Shown here in pieces: positions 48,469 through 64,000 of a stretch of DNA of 64,000 bases. Both the position numbers and the translations under genes were made by a program. Origin of the DNA: PVC group bacterium (GTDB lineage Bacteria; Verrucomicrobiota; Kiritimatiellia; CAIKKV01; CAITUY01); NCBI GenBank assembly GCA_945870225.1, contig CAMBRF010000003.1, positions 49,074 through 113,073 of the forward strand. The letters run 5' to 3'. The first letter of the stretch is position 1, and each line of letters begins with the position of its first letter. Below the pieces are notes generated by a model. The model ran no database searches and was not told the origin of the DNA. It was given only the letters and a program-made list of their open reading frames with translations.

Positions 48469-49461
48469 GTGGCAAATAAGGAATTAAACGTGGGCACCAA
48501 GGGTTGGGTGTCTTACCGGCCTGAAATCAAAGTGATGGATGTCACCATCCGTGACGGCGGCCTGATGAACAATCATCAGTTCAGCCCTGAGTTGGTCCGG
48601 GCGGTGTACCGCACAGCCTGCGAGGCGGGCATCGACTATGTCGAGCTTGGGTATAAAAGCTCACACAAAATATTCTCATCGGCCGAGCATGGCCCGTGGA
48701 AATTCTGCGACGAAGAGGTTTTGCGCGATGTCATCGGAGAAAAAAATCCAGCCGTCAAACTGGCGGCCATGGCGGATGCAGACCGGTGCGACTACCAGCA
48801 CGATATTCTTCCCCGTGAAAAAAGCGCCTTGGACATGATCCGTGTGGCCACCTACATCCACCAGATCCCGACCGCCATGGAAATGATCAAGGATGCCCAC
48901 GCCAAGGGTTATGAGACCTGTGTCAACCTGATGGCCGTTTCAACGGTTCAGGAAAGCGAATTGGACGGCGCGTTGGATGCCCTGGCCCAATCCGAGGTGG
49001 ATGTGCTTTACCTCGTGGACAGCTTCGGAACGATGTATTGCGAGGAAGTCCGCGCCCTGCTGGAAAAGTTCAAGCGCGTGGCCTCGGCGGCGGGCAAACA
49101 GGTTGGCATCCATACCCATAATAATTGCCAACTGGCCTACGCCAACACGATTGAGGCCATCATCGGAGGCGCCAATTATCTCGATGCCAGCCTGGCCGGA
49201 TTGGGCCGCGGCGCGGGCAATTGCCAGATGGAACTGCTGCTCGGTTTCCTGCACAACCCCAAGTTCAAGTTGCGCCCCGTGCTGCAATGCATCCGGGATC
49301 ATATCGAGCCTCTCCGTAAAGATTTCTTCTGGGGCTACAGCATTCCCTACATGATCACCGGCATTCTTAACCAGCATCCCCGTGACGCCATCAAGTTCAT
49401 GGAAAGCGGCAAAGCCGAGGATATCGTCAAGTTCTACGATGACATGTGCGAGGAAGAGTGA
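48469..49461 (+). CDS. DRE-TIM (HMGL-like) aldolase, 4-hydroxy-2-oxovalerate aldolase-like
   Basis: DVTIRDGG, VDSFG, GIHTHNN, GLGRGAGN. Confidence 0.88.
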   Translation: MANKELNVGTKGWVSYRPEIKVMDVTIRDGGLMNNHQFSPELVRAVYRTACEAGIDYVELGYKSSHKIFSSAEHGPWKFCDEEVLRDVIGEKNPAVKLAAMADADRCDYQHDILPREKSALDMIRVATYIHQIPTAMEMIKDAHAKGYETCVNLMAVSTVQESELDGALDALAQSEVDVLYLVDSFGTMYCEEVRALLEKFKRVASAAGKQVGIHTHNNCQLAYANTIEAIIGGANYLDASLAGLGRGAGNCQMELLLGFLHNPKFKLRPVLQCIRDHIEPLRKDFFWGYSIPYMITGILNQHPRDAIKFMESGKAEDIVKFYDDMCEEE

Positions 49462-49967
49462 TCGGGAAAGACCACGACTATTACATGCAGCTGGCCCTGC
49501 GGGAGGCGCAGATTTCGGCAGAGCATGATGAAGTACCCGTAGGGGCCATCGTGGTCCGGCATGGCACCGTGATCGGTCGCGCTCACAACCAGACCGAACT
49601 CCTCAAGGATCCGACCGCCCACGCCGAAATGATCGCCATCACCCAGGCCGCCGCCGCCATCGGGGACTGGCGGTTGACCGAGACCACGCTCTACGTTACG
49701 AAAGAACCGTGTCCCATGTGTGCGGGGGCGATCATTCTTGGCCGGATTCCGGAGGTGGTTTTCGGGGTCACCGACCCGATGCGGGGGGGGGCGGTCTCCG
49801 TTTTCAACATCCTCAATCACCCCCAGCTCAACCACCACCCCACGGTAATTTCAGGGATTCTGGAGGAGCCCTGTCGGGCCCTGCTTCAGGAATTCTTCCT
49901 CAGGAAACGTGCCGCCGCCAAGCGGAACTCCACCCCGCCGCCGACGAGTCCCATGACCACGGCGTAG
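49458..49967 (+). CDS. tadA: tRNA-specific adenosine deaminase
   Basis: EVPVGA, DPTAHAE, WRL, LYVTKEPCPMCAGA, LLQEFF; GTGA overlap with upstream gene. Confidence 0.93.
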   Translation: MIGKDHDYYMQLALREAQISAEHDEVPVGAIVVRHGTVIGRAHNQTELLKDPTAHAEMIAITQAAAAIGDWRLTETTLYVTKEPCPMCAGAIILGRIPEVVFGVTDPMRGGAVSVFNILNHPQLNHHPTVISGILEEPCRALLQEFFLRKRAAAKRNSTPPPTSPMTTA

Positions 49968-51109
49968 ATGAACATCAGTTCGGTATCGCCGAAGTTGTAC
50001 TCGACCAGGCCGTTCAGCAACAGGCCCGCCAGCATCAAGAACACCGCTGTCGCCGCCAGGCGTTCCCCGGACGGGCCAGCCCGGGTCAAGCCAACCCACC
50101 TGACCCCGTCGACCAGCGCCTTCCCCATCCATAAGAGGTAGATGGCCAGACCGAGCCAACCGGTCTCCACCAGCACTTGGGCCCAGTTCGCGTGCAGATG
50201 GTTGCGGTTCGCTTCAACCTTCCGGCAGGCGTATCGCATCATCCGGTTCGTCAGGCACCCATACCCGACCCCCTCGGGGCGCTCATGGATCAGGAACGGA
50301 GCCACCCGACACCACATCGTCAACCGTCCGCCGCCATCCATATTCAGTTCCCGCTTCAACTGCCCCATCCGGGTTTGAACGGGCGGCAGGGAAAAGAACG
50401 CCGCCGTGATCACCACCAGCATCAGCCAGGCCCGCCAGCGAAAATTCGTCAAAAGGACAGCCCCCACCAACAACATGGCGCAAAACCAGGAACCACGCTT
50501 GAACCCGATCAACAGCCCCGCTCCTACGGTCACCAGCAGCCCCACCGTCCACCCCGCCGGCCGTCGCCCCTCCTTTAGCGGGCCCAGCACGAACCAAACG
50601 CCGACTACGAGACCCAGCATCAGCATCTGTCCATCGGTCATGGATCCTTTATCAATCAGGGAGGTGAGAAAGTCCGGCTGCGGGTTCCTCCAGGCCTGAA
50701 ACGGGTTGCGAACAAGGTCTTTCACCGCCAGCACGAGACAACCGAAAAGGAAGGCCCAAATCGCTTTCCCAGCCCGGGTCGGCCGGTCGGCCAGGGAGGC
50801 GGTAACGGGAATCAACACAAACCAAAGCAGTTTTCCGGTGCGCCCGAGCAGTCCACTCCCGCCCCCGCCCCTCCATGACGTGGCCACCGCCACCACGACA
50901 AAAGCCACGACCAGCCAGAGGACGGCAGGAACACAGAGAGCAATCCGCCCCCTGACCCAGCCAACGAGAAAAAGCAGGAAGGTAATTCCTGCGAACAGTT
51001 GACCCAGTGCAATTGAAAAGGTGATGGAGAAAATCGTTGCCAGCAGGGTAATGAACGCCCATTGATCGATATCAAGGCCACGCAAGGAGCTGATTGAAAT
51101 GGCACGCAT
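49886..51109 (-). CDS. O-antigen ligase (WaaL/Wzy_C) family protein
   Basis: Multi-TM; KRGSW, GRLTMW, GVGYG, HLHANWAQVLVETGWLG. Confidence 0.88.
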   Translation of the reverse strand: MRAISISSLRGLDIDQWAFITLLATIFSITFSIALGQLFAGITFLLFLVGWVRGRIALCVPAVLWLVVAFVVVAVATSWRGGGGSGLLGRTGKLLWFVLIPVTASLADRPTRAGKAIWAFLFGCLVLAVKDLVRNPFQAWRNPQPDFLTSLIDKGSMTDGQMLMLGLVVGVWFVLGPLKEGRRPAGWTVGLLVTVGAGLLIGFKRGSWFCAMLLVGAVLLTNFRWRAWLMLVVITAAFFSLPPVQTRMGQLKRELNMDGGGRLTMWCRVAPFLIHERPEGVGYGCLTNRMMRYACRKVEANRNHLHANWAQVLVETGWLGLAIYLLWMGKALVDGVRWVGLTRAGPSGERLAATAVFLMLAGLLLNGLVEYNFGDTELMFIYAVVMGLVGGGVEFRLAAARFLRKNS

Positions 51110-51174
51110 AAGTGGCACGAAACTTAGTGCAAGCGTCTGCCGGATGCAATACCGTTTCCGGCGTGGCACCGGGC

Positions 51175-51203
51175 TTGACCGTCGCCTCCATTCTGAATAA
51201 CGT
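51175..51203 (+). promoter_or_regulatory. Putative sigma70 promoter for first LpxL-like gene
   Basis: TTGACC-N17-TAACGT. Confidence 0.45.
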
Positions 51204-51225
51204 GTGGACCGTTTTGGAGTACTCC

Positions 51226-52149
51226 ATGTTGATTCTTATTGTCAGGGGAATATCCCGCATCATCAGCGCTCTACCGTTGGCAGCGGCACTCGCCCTCGGC
51301 CGGCGCCTGGGCTGGATCTTCGGCTATGTCATCCGCTACCACCGCCGGGATGCGATCGAGGCCCTGCGATTCAGTCTCCCTGAAAAGACGGTGACTGAAC
51401 GCCGGCAGATCCTGAAGCGAATGTACCTGAATCTGGGAATGACGCTGATTGAGGAATTACGCATGAGTCGCGTGAGCGATCAGTATTTGCGTGACCATAT
51501 ATCCTGGGAAAACGAGTCTTATGCCCACGATGTCCTGAAGGAAGGCAAAGGCGTTCTCGTGCTCTCCGCGCACATGGGCAACTGGGATCTTCTCTGCAGC
51601 ATCGCCCCGCATTTCAATTACCCGGTCACCATCATCACAAAAAACATCAAGAACAAAGGCATTAATGAGTTCTGGATGGAATCCCGCAGACGGTTCGGCT
51701 TGAAATTCGTTCCCGCCCACAACTCCTACCGCCAATGCCTGGCGGCACTTCGGAAAAACGAAATTGTGGGATTCATCCTCGATCAGAACATGATCTGGCA
51801 GGAAGGAATCTTTGTTGAATTCTTCGGCAAGCTGGCCTGCACGACGCCCGGGCTGGCGTTCATGGCGGCCCAGTCGGGAGCCTCCGTACTCCCCGTCTTC
51901 ATGCTGCGCCAACCGAATGGCCGGCATCTGGTCAAGGCGTTCCCCCCGATTCCGCCGCCGCCTGACCGGAAGCCGGAAACGATACGCGCGTATACCCAAC
52001 TCTATACCAAAACCATCGAGGACATGGTCCGCCAGTATCCCGATCAATGGATCTGGATTCACCGCCGATGGCACACCACCACCTCGGAGCCGGATATGCC
52101 TGAAAGCATGAAAATTCCGCCCCGGGCCGAAACTCAACAATCGGCATAG
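51226..52149 (+). CDS. Lipid A late acyltransferase (LpxL/HtrB family)
   Basis: SAHMGNWD, ILDQ, VEFFG, PDQWIWIHRRW. Confidence 0.9.
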   Translation: MLILIVRGISRIISALPLAAALALGRRLGWIFGYVIRYHRRDAIEALRFSLPEKTVTERRQILKRMYLNLGMTLIEELRMSRVSDQYLRDHISWENESYAHDVLKEGKGVLVLSAHMGNWDLLCSIAPHFNYPVTIITKNIKNKGINEFWMESRRRFGLKFVPAHNSYRQCLAALRKNEIVGFILDQNMIWQEGIFVEFFGKLACTTPGLAFMAAQSGASVLPVFMLRQPNGRHLVKAFPPIPPPPDRKPETIRAYTQLYTKTIEDMVRQYPDQWIWIHRRWHTTTSEPDMPESMKIPPRAETQQSA

Positions 52150-53084
52150 AACGGATAGCGCGAAGCCTCCACGCCCGGCATACGCCGTTTCCAGCGCTTG
52201 TAAGTCCAAAGCCACTGGGAGGGATCCCGCCTGATTTCGGCCTCCAGGGACCTTGTAATCCTGGCGGTAATCTCCACCGGCGACAAACCGCTCATCTCCG
52301 CCGGAGTCAGCACCTCAGGTGAATAGCACCGGTACGTACCATCTCGTTCATTCCGACAATAGACCATGAGGATCGGAACGTTCATCTTCTGAGCCAACCC
52401 CGCCGCCGCACTGGCGATGGGCACAGGGACCCCGAAGAATTCCACGAAGACGCCCCCATCCGCCACGCGGGTATCCTGATCCAATAGCAATCCCACTATG
52501 CCATGATCCCGAAGAACACGCAGCATGCCTTTGAGCGCTCCCTCACGGGGAATGATACGCTGGCCAGAATGCTCGCGTATCCGGTTGATGACGGCATCGA
52601 CCCTCGGGTTTTTTATCGGCTTGGCTACACTGGAGACTTTACCCCCTCGAGTGGCGATGGCCTGCCCAATAACCTCCCAATTCCCGAAATGAGCACTGAC
52701 CGCAACCAGCGGCCCCTTCTCGATCCACTTACTAGTGGACGCATCAATTGACACATAGCGATCAACTCGAGCCTTGGTGTCCCGTGAAAACCAGAAATAG
52801 TCCAGAGTAGTCAAAGTGAAATTCTGAAAAACTTGCGTGATAATCTGACGTTTCCGCGCATCCGTAAGTGATGAACCAAACGCCAGGTCGAGATTGGCCA
52901 AGGCCACCCGCCGGTCACGCCGGTCCACACAATAGCCGAACCAGCCCAAGCCATTGGCCAGGGCGACGACCAAACGCCGTGGAAACCGTGGGATCAGCCA
53001 CGCAGCCCCATCAACAAGCTGCGCCTCAATCCAGAAACGGAAGCGGCGCAAACCTTGATTAACCCTGTTCCGATCACGAGCCAT
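52134..53084 (-). CDS. Lipid A late acyltransferase (LpxL/HtrB family), second paralog
   Basis: ANLDLAF, SAHFGNWE, LLDQ, VEFFG, PSQWLWTYKRWK. Confidence 0.9.
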   Translation of the reverse strand: MARDRNRVNQGLRRFRFWIEAQLVDGAAWLIPRFPRRLVVALANGLGWFGYCVDRRDRRVALANLDLAFGSSLTDARKRQIITQVFQNFTLTTLDYFWFSRDTKARVDRYVSIDASTSKWIEKGPLVAVSAHFGNWEVIGQAIATRGGKVSSVAKPIKNPRVDAVINRIREHSGQRIIPREGALKGMLRVLRDHGIVGLLLDQDTRVADGGVFVEFFGVPVPIASAAAGLAQKMNVPILMVYCRNERDGTYRCYSPEVLTPAEMSGLSPVEITARITRSLEAEIRRDPSQWLWTYKRWKRRMPGVEASRYPFYADC

Positions 53085-53115
53085 ACAAGCCTTAAAGCGC
53101 ACTCATCAAAAAAGT

Positions 53116-53147
53116 AAAAAGGCCCGAAACATCTCTGTTCCGGGCCT
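53116..53147 (-). terminator. Rho-independent terminator after the OmpA-family gene
   Basis: Minus strand AGGCCCGGAACA-GAGA-TGTTTCGGGCCT followed by a T run. Confidence 0.8.
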
Positions 53148-53166
53148 CTCATCATTCACGCACGAA

Positions 53167-54507
53167 TCATTTCGCCGGACTGGCCGCCGGACCGGTCGCC
53201 GGGGGCAACTCCACCGCCTTGATGGGCGTGACAGGAGCCGGCGGCATGCCGCTCTTACGAATGTAGACTTCCACGCGACGATTGGCCGGGGTGCCGTTGA
53301 TCAGATCGGGCTTAACCTTGGGACGGCTGAACCCGTATCCGACCGGGGTCAGGCGACTCCGCTCGATCCCGGCCTTTTCAACCAGATAATCCACACAGGC
53401 CTTGGCGCGCCGTTCAGACAGTTGATCATTGTAAACCTTGTTTGATTTCTTCAACTGATCGGCGTGCCCTTCAATACGCGCGGACGCCCCTGAATCGCGT
53501 TGCAGCACCTTGCCAATGATATCCAGATCCTTGAAGTACTCCGCCTTGATGACAGACTTGTCGTAATCGAATTGGATGTTCAGCTCGAAGAGCTGTAGAT
53601 CATCGGATCCATCCTTGGGGTTCGTCCCATCCTCGATCACTTCATGACCATCGGCCACGCCACCCTTGTCCGTGTCCCGCTGATTGGGATCGGTCAGGTA
53701 ATGGAACACTTCCGGACCATCCTTCAGCGCATCAAAATCCGTATCGGGATTCAGGGGATTGGTCTTGTGCACCTTGACTTCATCGTAGTCGCCCAGACCA
53801 TCCTTATCGGTGTCGACATGATGCGGATCGGTGCCGAGCTGCATTTCCTCATCATCCGTCAACCCGTCGGCATCGCTGTCCTTCGGTCCGCCGTCAGCCG
53901 TAAAGCTGGGAGGGACATGGGCACCGAACACATATCTGACGCCCGCCTCGACGGTGGAGTTGACCGTTCCCTTATCGCTGACTCCAACCAGGGCGCCCCG
54001 GAAATCCGTCCGCACGGACCACTCATCATTGAAGTTATAAATGACGCCCGCCCCGACGCGCGGACCGAAATCGGAAGAATCGCGATCTTCAAAATCATCG
54101 GTGAAAGCGATGACCATTGCTCCCACGGTCAGATAGGGATCGATCCGCTTCCAGGGGGTGAAATGGAAAAGAGCGTCGGCGGTCGCGCCATACCCTGTCG
54201 TTTCATCGGCTTCCAGCGGCTTGGTCGGCCCGTCGCGATAGATCGTCTGCGCCTTCAGGACCGGCGCGATGAACACACCCGCTTCAAGCGTCCACCATGT
54301 ATTCAGGTCATACCCGAACCGGACCTGGCCGAACAAGCCATCCTTGGTCGGAAAATCGCCTTCCATATCGATTCGTCCGATCGTGACGGACGTGTTAAAG
54401 GGGTGCTCATTGCCCTTCTCCTCCGCACGGGCCACACCTGCACGCGCGAGATAGCCAAAGGTCAATCCAATGGTCACAATCAATCCCAGGAATCTGCTGT
54501 ATTTCAT
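53167..54507 (-). CDS. OmpA-family outer-membrane protein (beta-barrel, DxDxDG Ca-binding repeats, OmpA-C domain)
   Basis: Signal peptide; barrel ending GVRYVFG; DSDADGLTD, DTDKDGLGD, DTDFDALKD, DTDKGGVAD; IEGHAD, LSERRA, NRRVE. Confidence 0.9.
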   Translation of the reverse strand: MKYSRFLGLIVTIGLTFGYLARAGVARAEEKGNEHPFNTSVTIGRIDMEGDFPTKDGLFGQVRFGYDLNTWWTLEAGVFIAPVLKAQTIYRDGPTKPLEADETTGYGATADALFHFTPWKRIDPYLTVGAMVIAFTDDFEDRDSSDFGPRVGAGVIYNFNDEWSVRTDFRGALVGVSDKGTVNSTVEAGVRYVFGAHVPPSFTADGGPKDSDADGLTDDEEMQLGTDPHHVDTDKDGLGDYDEVKVHKTNPLNPDTDFDALKDGPEVFHYLTDPNQRDTDKGGVADGHEVIEDGTNPKDGSDDLQLFELNIQFDYDKSVIKAEYFKDLDIIGKVLQRDSGASARIEGHADQLKKSNKVYNDQLSERRAKACVDYLVEKAGIERSRLTPVGYGFSRPKVKPDLINGTPANRRVEVYIRKSGMPPAPVTPIKAVELPPATGPAASPAK

Positions 54508-54610
54508 TTTCTTTTCTCTCCGATGGATACTCCGGCCGATAAAGGGCAATACGCCCAAACTGATCCGTCTTCTCATATCAAAACTTACCCCGCCCGCAAA
54601 TGAAAAAAGA

Positions 54611-56365
54611 TCAGTCGGAGAACTGCAGGTCATACAAACGCTTATAAACGCCGCCCTTGGCCAGAAGTTCGTCATGGGACCCCTGTTCCACGATCCGCCC
54701 TTTATCCAGGACAATGATCCGGTCACAGCTGGCAATCGTCGAGAGCCGGTGCGCGATGGCAAAAACCGTCCGTCCAACCATAAGATCCTGCAGGGCGGTC
54801 TGGACCAGGCGTTCCGATTCCGTATCCAAGGCACTGGTGGCCTCATCCAGAATCATAACGGGTGGATTCCGCAAAATCGCCCGGGCGATAGCCAGCCGCT
54901 GCTTCTGCCCGCCGGATAATCGCACCCCGAGATCGCCGATCACCGTTTCATACTGTTGCGGCAACTCCATGATGAAATCATGCGCATGAGCCCGCCGGGC
55001 CGCCGCTATCACATCTTCGCGCCCCGCCTCGCCTGATCCATAACTGATGTTATTCGCCACGCTGTCATTGAACAAAACGGTGTCCTGCGTGACAATTCCC
55101 ATCAGCCGCCGGAGCGAGACAACCGTCATGTCACGCACATCCTGTCCGTTCAGACGTACCGCGCCGCCCGTCACATCATAAAATCGCGGAACCAGACTCA
55201 CGAGAGTGGTCTTCCCGGCGCCGGACCCCCCCACAATGGCGATGCGTTGTCCGGCTTTCGCCTCCAACGTGACACCATCCAGGATGTTCTTATCGCCGTA
55301 AGAAAACACCACATTATCGAAAAGAATGGTGTCCACCGGGCCCTTGAAATCGATGGCATGCGGTCGGTCCCGGACGTCCACCGGGGCATCGAGCACCTCG
55401 AAAATACGATCGGCGGAGGAGACCGCCTGCTGCACCTGCATATGGACCCGGCTGAGTTTCTTAACCGGTTCATACATCATGAACAGCGCCGTGGCATACA
55501 TCAGGAAGTCCTCGAAAGGCATGTGGCGCGCCCGCACATAAATCAGGACCAGGCTCACTCCGATGGTCGAGATAAACACAATCAAGGGTTCCACCGCCGA
55601 ATTGGCCCGCGCCACCCGCATCACACGCCCGAAAAAGGCGTGGTTCTGTTTGGCAAACCGCCCAATTTCATATTCCTCCATCCCGAAGGCCTTAACCACG
55701 CGCACACCGGTGATCATCTCCTGCAGGATTGAAACCAGATCCGCAACGCGCTGCTGGGCTTCCCGCGTGAATCGCCGCACCCGCCGTCCGAACAAAGCCA
55801 CCGGGATAATGCAGATCGGAAAGAGAACCAGACTGATCAGGGCCAGCCAGGGGTCCAGCCAGATGAGCGCCCCCACCGCGACAATCAACGTCAACGGCTG
55901 CTTGGCCATATCCTCAACCACCATCGAGACGGCACTCTCGGCCGCCGTCGTGTCATTGGTGGTCCGGGAAATCAACTCCCCCGCCCGACTGCTGACGAAA
56001 TAGGAGAGGGAGAGTTCGTTTAAACGACGAAACATGGCATTGCGTAAATCCATCACCACCCGTGCGCCCACCCACCTGATCTGATAGCGGCTGATATAGT
56101 CAGCAATACCGCGAATAAGCCCGACCAGGGGAAGGGCCAGGGCCGTCAACGCCACAATCCGCAGGGAGACGTTGGGGTCGTAAAATTTCGGCAACCCCTT
56201 CTTCATGAAGGCTAGAAGTCCTCCATTGGCCCCCGCATAGAGCGCCCCGAAAAGCAAACCGATCAGAAGCCGCCGGTAGTATGGCCTCGTGAACTGAAGC
56301 AAGCGCCGGTAGGTCCCCATGTCCCGGCGATAATTGTCATCCATTTTTTGCGGGATTCCTGTCAT
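54611..56365 (-). CDS. msbA: ABC exporter, MsbA-like lipid A flippase
   Basis: TMD+NBD; GGSGAGKTT, LSGGQKQRLAIARA, ILDEATSALD, IAHRLST; clustered with lpxL-like genes. Confidence 0.85.
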   Translation of the reverse strand: MTGIPQKMDDNYRRDMGTYRRLLQFTRPYYRRLLIGLLFGALYAGANGGLLAFMKKGLPKFYDPNVSLRIVALTALALPLVGLIRGIADYISRYQIRWVGARVVMDLRNAMFRRLNELSLSYFVSSRAGELISRTTNDTTAAESAVSMVVEDMAKQPLTLIVAVGALIWLDPWLALISLVLFPICIIPVALFGRRVRRFTREAQQRVADLVSILQEMITGVRVVKAFGMEEYEIGRFAKQNHAFFGRVMRVARANSAVEPLIVFISTIGVSLVLIYVRARHMPFEDFLMYATALFMMYEPVKKLSRVHMQVQQAVSSADRIFEVLDAPVDVRDRPHAIDFKGPVDTILFDNVVFSYGDKNILDGVTLEAKAGQRIAIVGGSGAGKTTLVSLVPRFYDVTGGAVRLNGQDVRDMTVVSLRRLMGIVTQDTVLFNDSVANNISYGSGEAGREDVIAAARRAHAHDFIMELPQQYETVIGDLGVRLSGGQKQRLAIARAILRNPPVMILDEATSALDTESERLVQTALQDLMVGRTVFAIAHRLSTIASCDRIIVLDKGRIVEQGSHDELLAKGGVYKRLYDLQFSD

Positions 56366-56377
56366 GCCTTCTCCCTT

Positions 56378-59569
<3,192 letters not shown>

Positions 59570-59588
59570 TCCCGATCCACCAAGGAGG

Positions 59589-59733
59589 GGCGATTCTAAT
59601 GATGGGCTTCTTGACCCCCGCGCCCTTGTGTCGCGGGTGAACAGATTGCGGGGAAAAGCTCCGCCTTTCCCCAACAATCTCTCGCCCCTGCCGCGCAAGG
59701 CGGCAGGAGGCGTGAACCATCATTATAATTGCC
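59589..59733. other. 145-bp structured intergenic element (candidate ncRNA or MITE)
   Basis: 17-bp terminal inverted repeat (15/17) enclosing three hairpins. Confidence 0.6.
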
Positions 59734-59748
59734 GACCAGAGTGCCCCT

Positions 59749-63595
<3,847 letters not shown>

Positions 63596-64000
63596 TTACC
63601 TCTTGGCGCCTAACTCCTGACACAGGGACAGGAGGAAATCCCGGTTATCGGCACAGATATAACGCATCACTCCGCCCATGCGGCTGAAGGTCTTGCAGTA
63701 TCTCAAATAATAGGCGGGGTTATCCATGGGGGGCTCACCGGACTTTTGCCAGTCCCACCGCGACTCAGCCAGATCCACCACCGCGATAAAATGCCGGTCG
63801 ATTTTCCGGCCCGCCTGAATCTCGAGGTTCTGTGCCATCGAGAGCGCTTTTTCGAAAATCATCGGCGACATCACCGCCGAGCCCACCGACAGGTAAACGC
63901 CGTCCTGCAGCCCGCTGACCGATTGGGTGAAAGCGAGAAAATCACGCAATGCCGTCCGACCAAGAGCAGCTCCATGATTCATCGGATGATTATAGATAAT
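63596..64000 (-). CDS. Conserved hypothetical protein, 3' part only (possibly deoxyhypusine-synthase-like fold)
   Basis: Frame is open to the window end; GVYLSVGSAVMSPMIFEKALSMAQN motif. Confidence 0.7.
   Translation of the reverse strand: MIYNHPMNHGAALGRTALRDFLAFTQSVSGLQDGVYLSVGSAVMSPMIFEKALSMAQNLEIQAGRKIDRHFIAVVDLAESRWDWQKSGEPPMDNPAYYLRYCKTFSRMGGVMRYICADNRDFLLSLCQELGAKR

Noticed and set aside
54508-54846. N-terminal extension of the OmpA ORF given in the track
   Set aside because: It overlaps msbA in another frame; ATG 54507 has an RBS and gives a proper signal peptide.
59589-59733. tRNA, SRP RNA or 6S RNA identity for the cloverleaf-like element
   Set aside because: No TTCGA T-loop or CCA end, no SRP GGAA/AGCAG motif, and a branched rather than rod-like fold.

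Overview
GC-rich, gene-dense window from a Gram-negative bacterium (lpxA, two lpxL-like genes, msbA). The long GreA, histone-like DksA, PEGA/FHA proteins and Rnf complex suggest an anaerobic PVC-superphylum organism such as Kiritimatiellae/Lentisphaerae; this is inference only. Most content is housekeeping: NCS2 permease, pyrF, greA-dksA-lspA-miaA-radC-lpxA, infA, smc, argJBDG-thiD-comEC, murJ, rnfABCDGE, envelope genes and two GH2 beta-galactosidases. I found no rRNA, tRNA, CRISPR array, transposase or integrase. Main leads: (1) a Tad/Flp pilus operon with an FHA-fused ATPase and five prepilins (one missed by the ORF track), lacking secretin, peptidase and TadZ, next to FHA-membrane, PEGA and DUF192 genes, reminiscent of the myxobacterial Kil system; (2) a Shine-Dalgarno-led upstream ORF with tandem rare Arg codons overlapping the argJ start, a candidate arginine-sensing leader; (3) a signal-peptide-bearing DEDDh exonuclease beside a nuclease/purine permease unit; (4) a 145-bp four-way-junction element; (5) a GH2 paralog with an altered nucleophile motif. 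All family calls come from motif recognition by eye, not database searches. Several starts were moved from the ORF track to the more plausible start codon.
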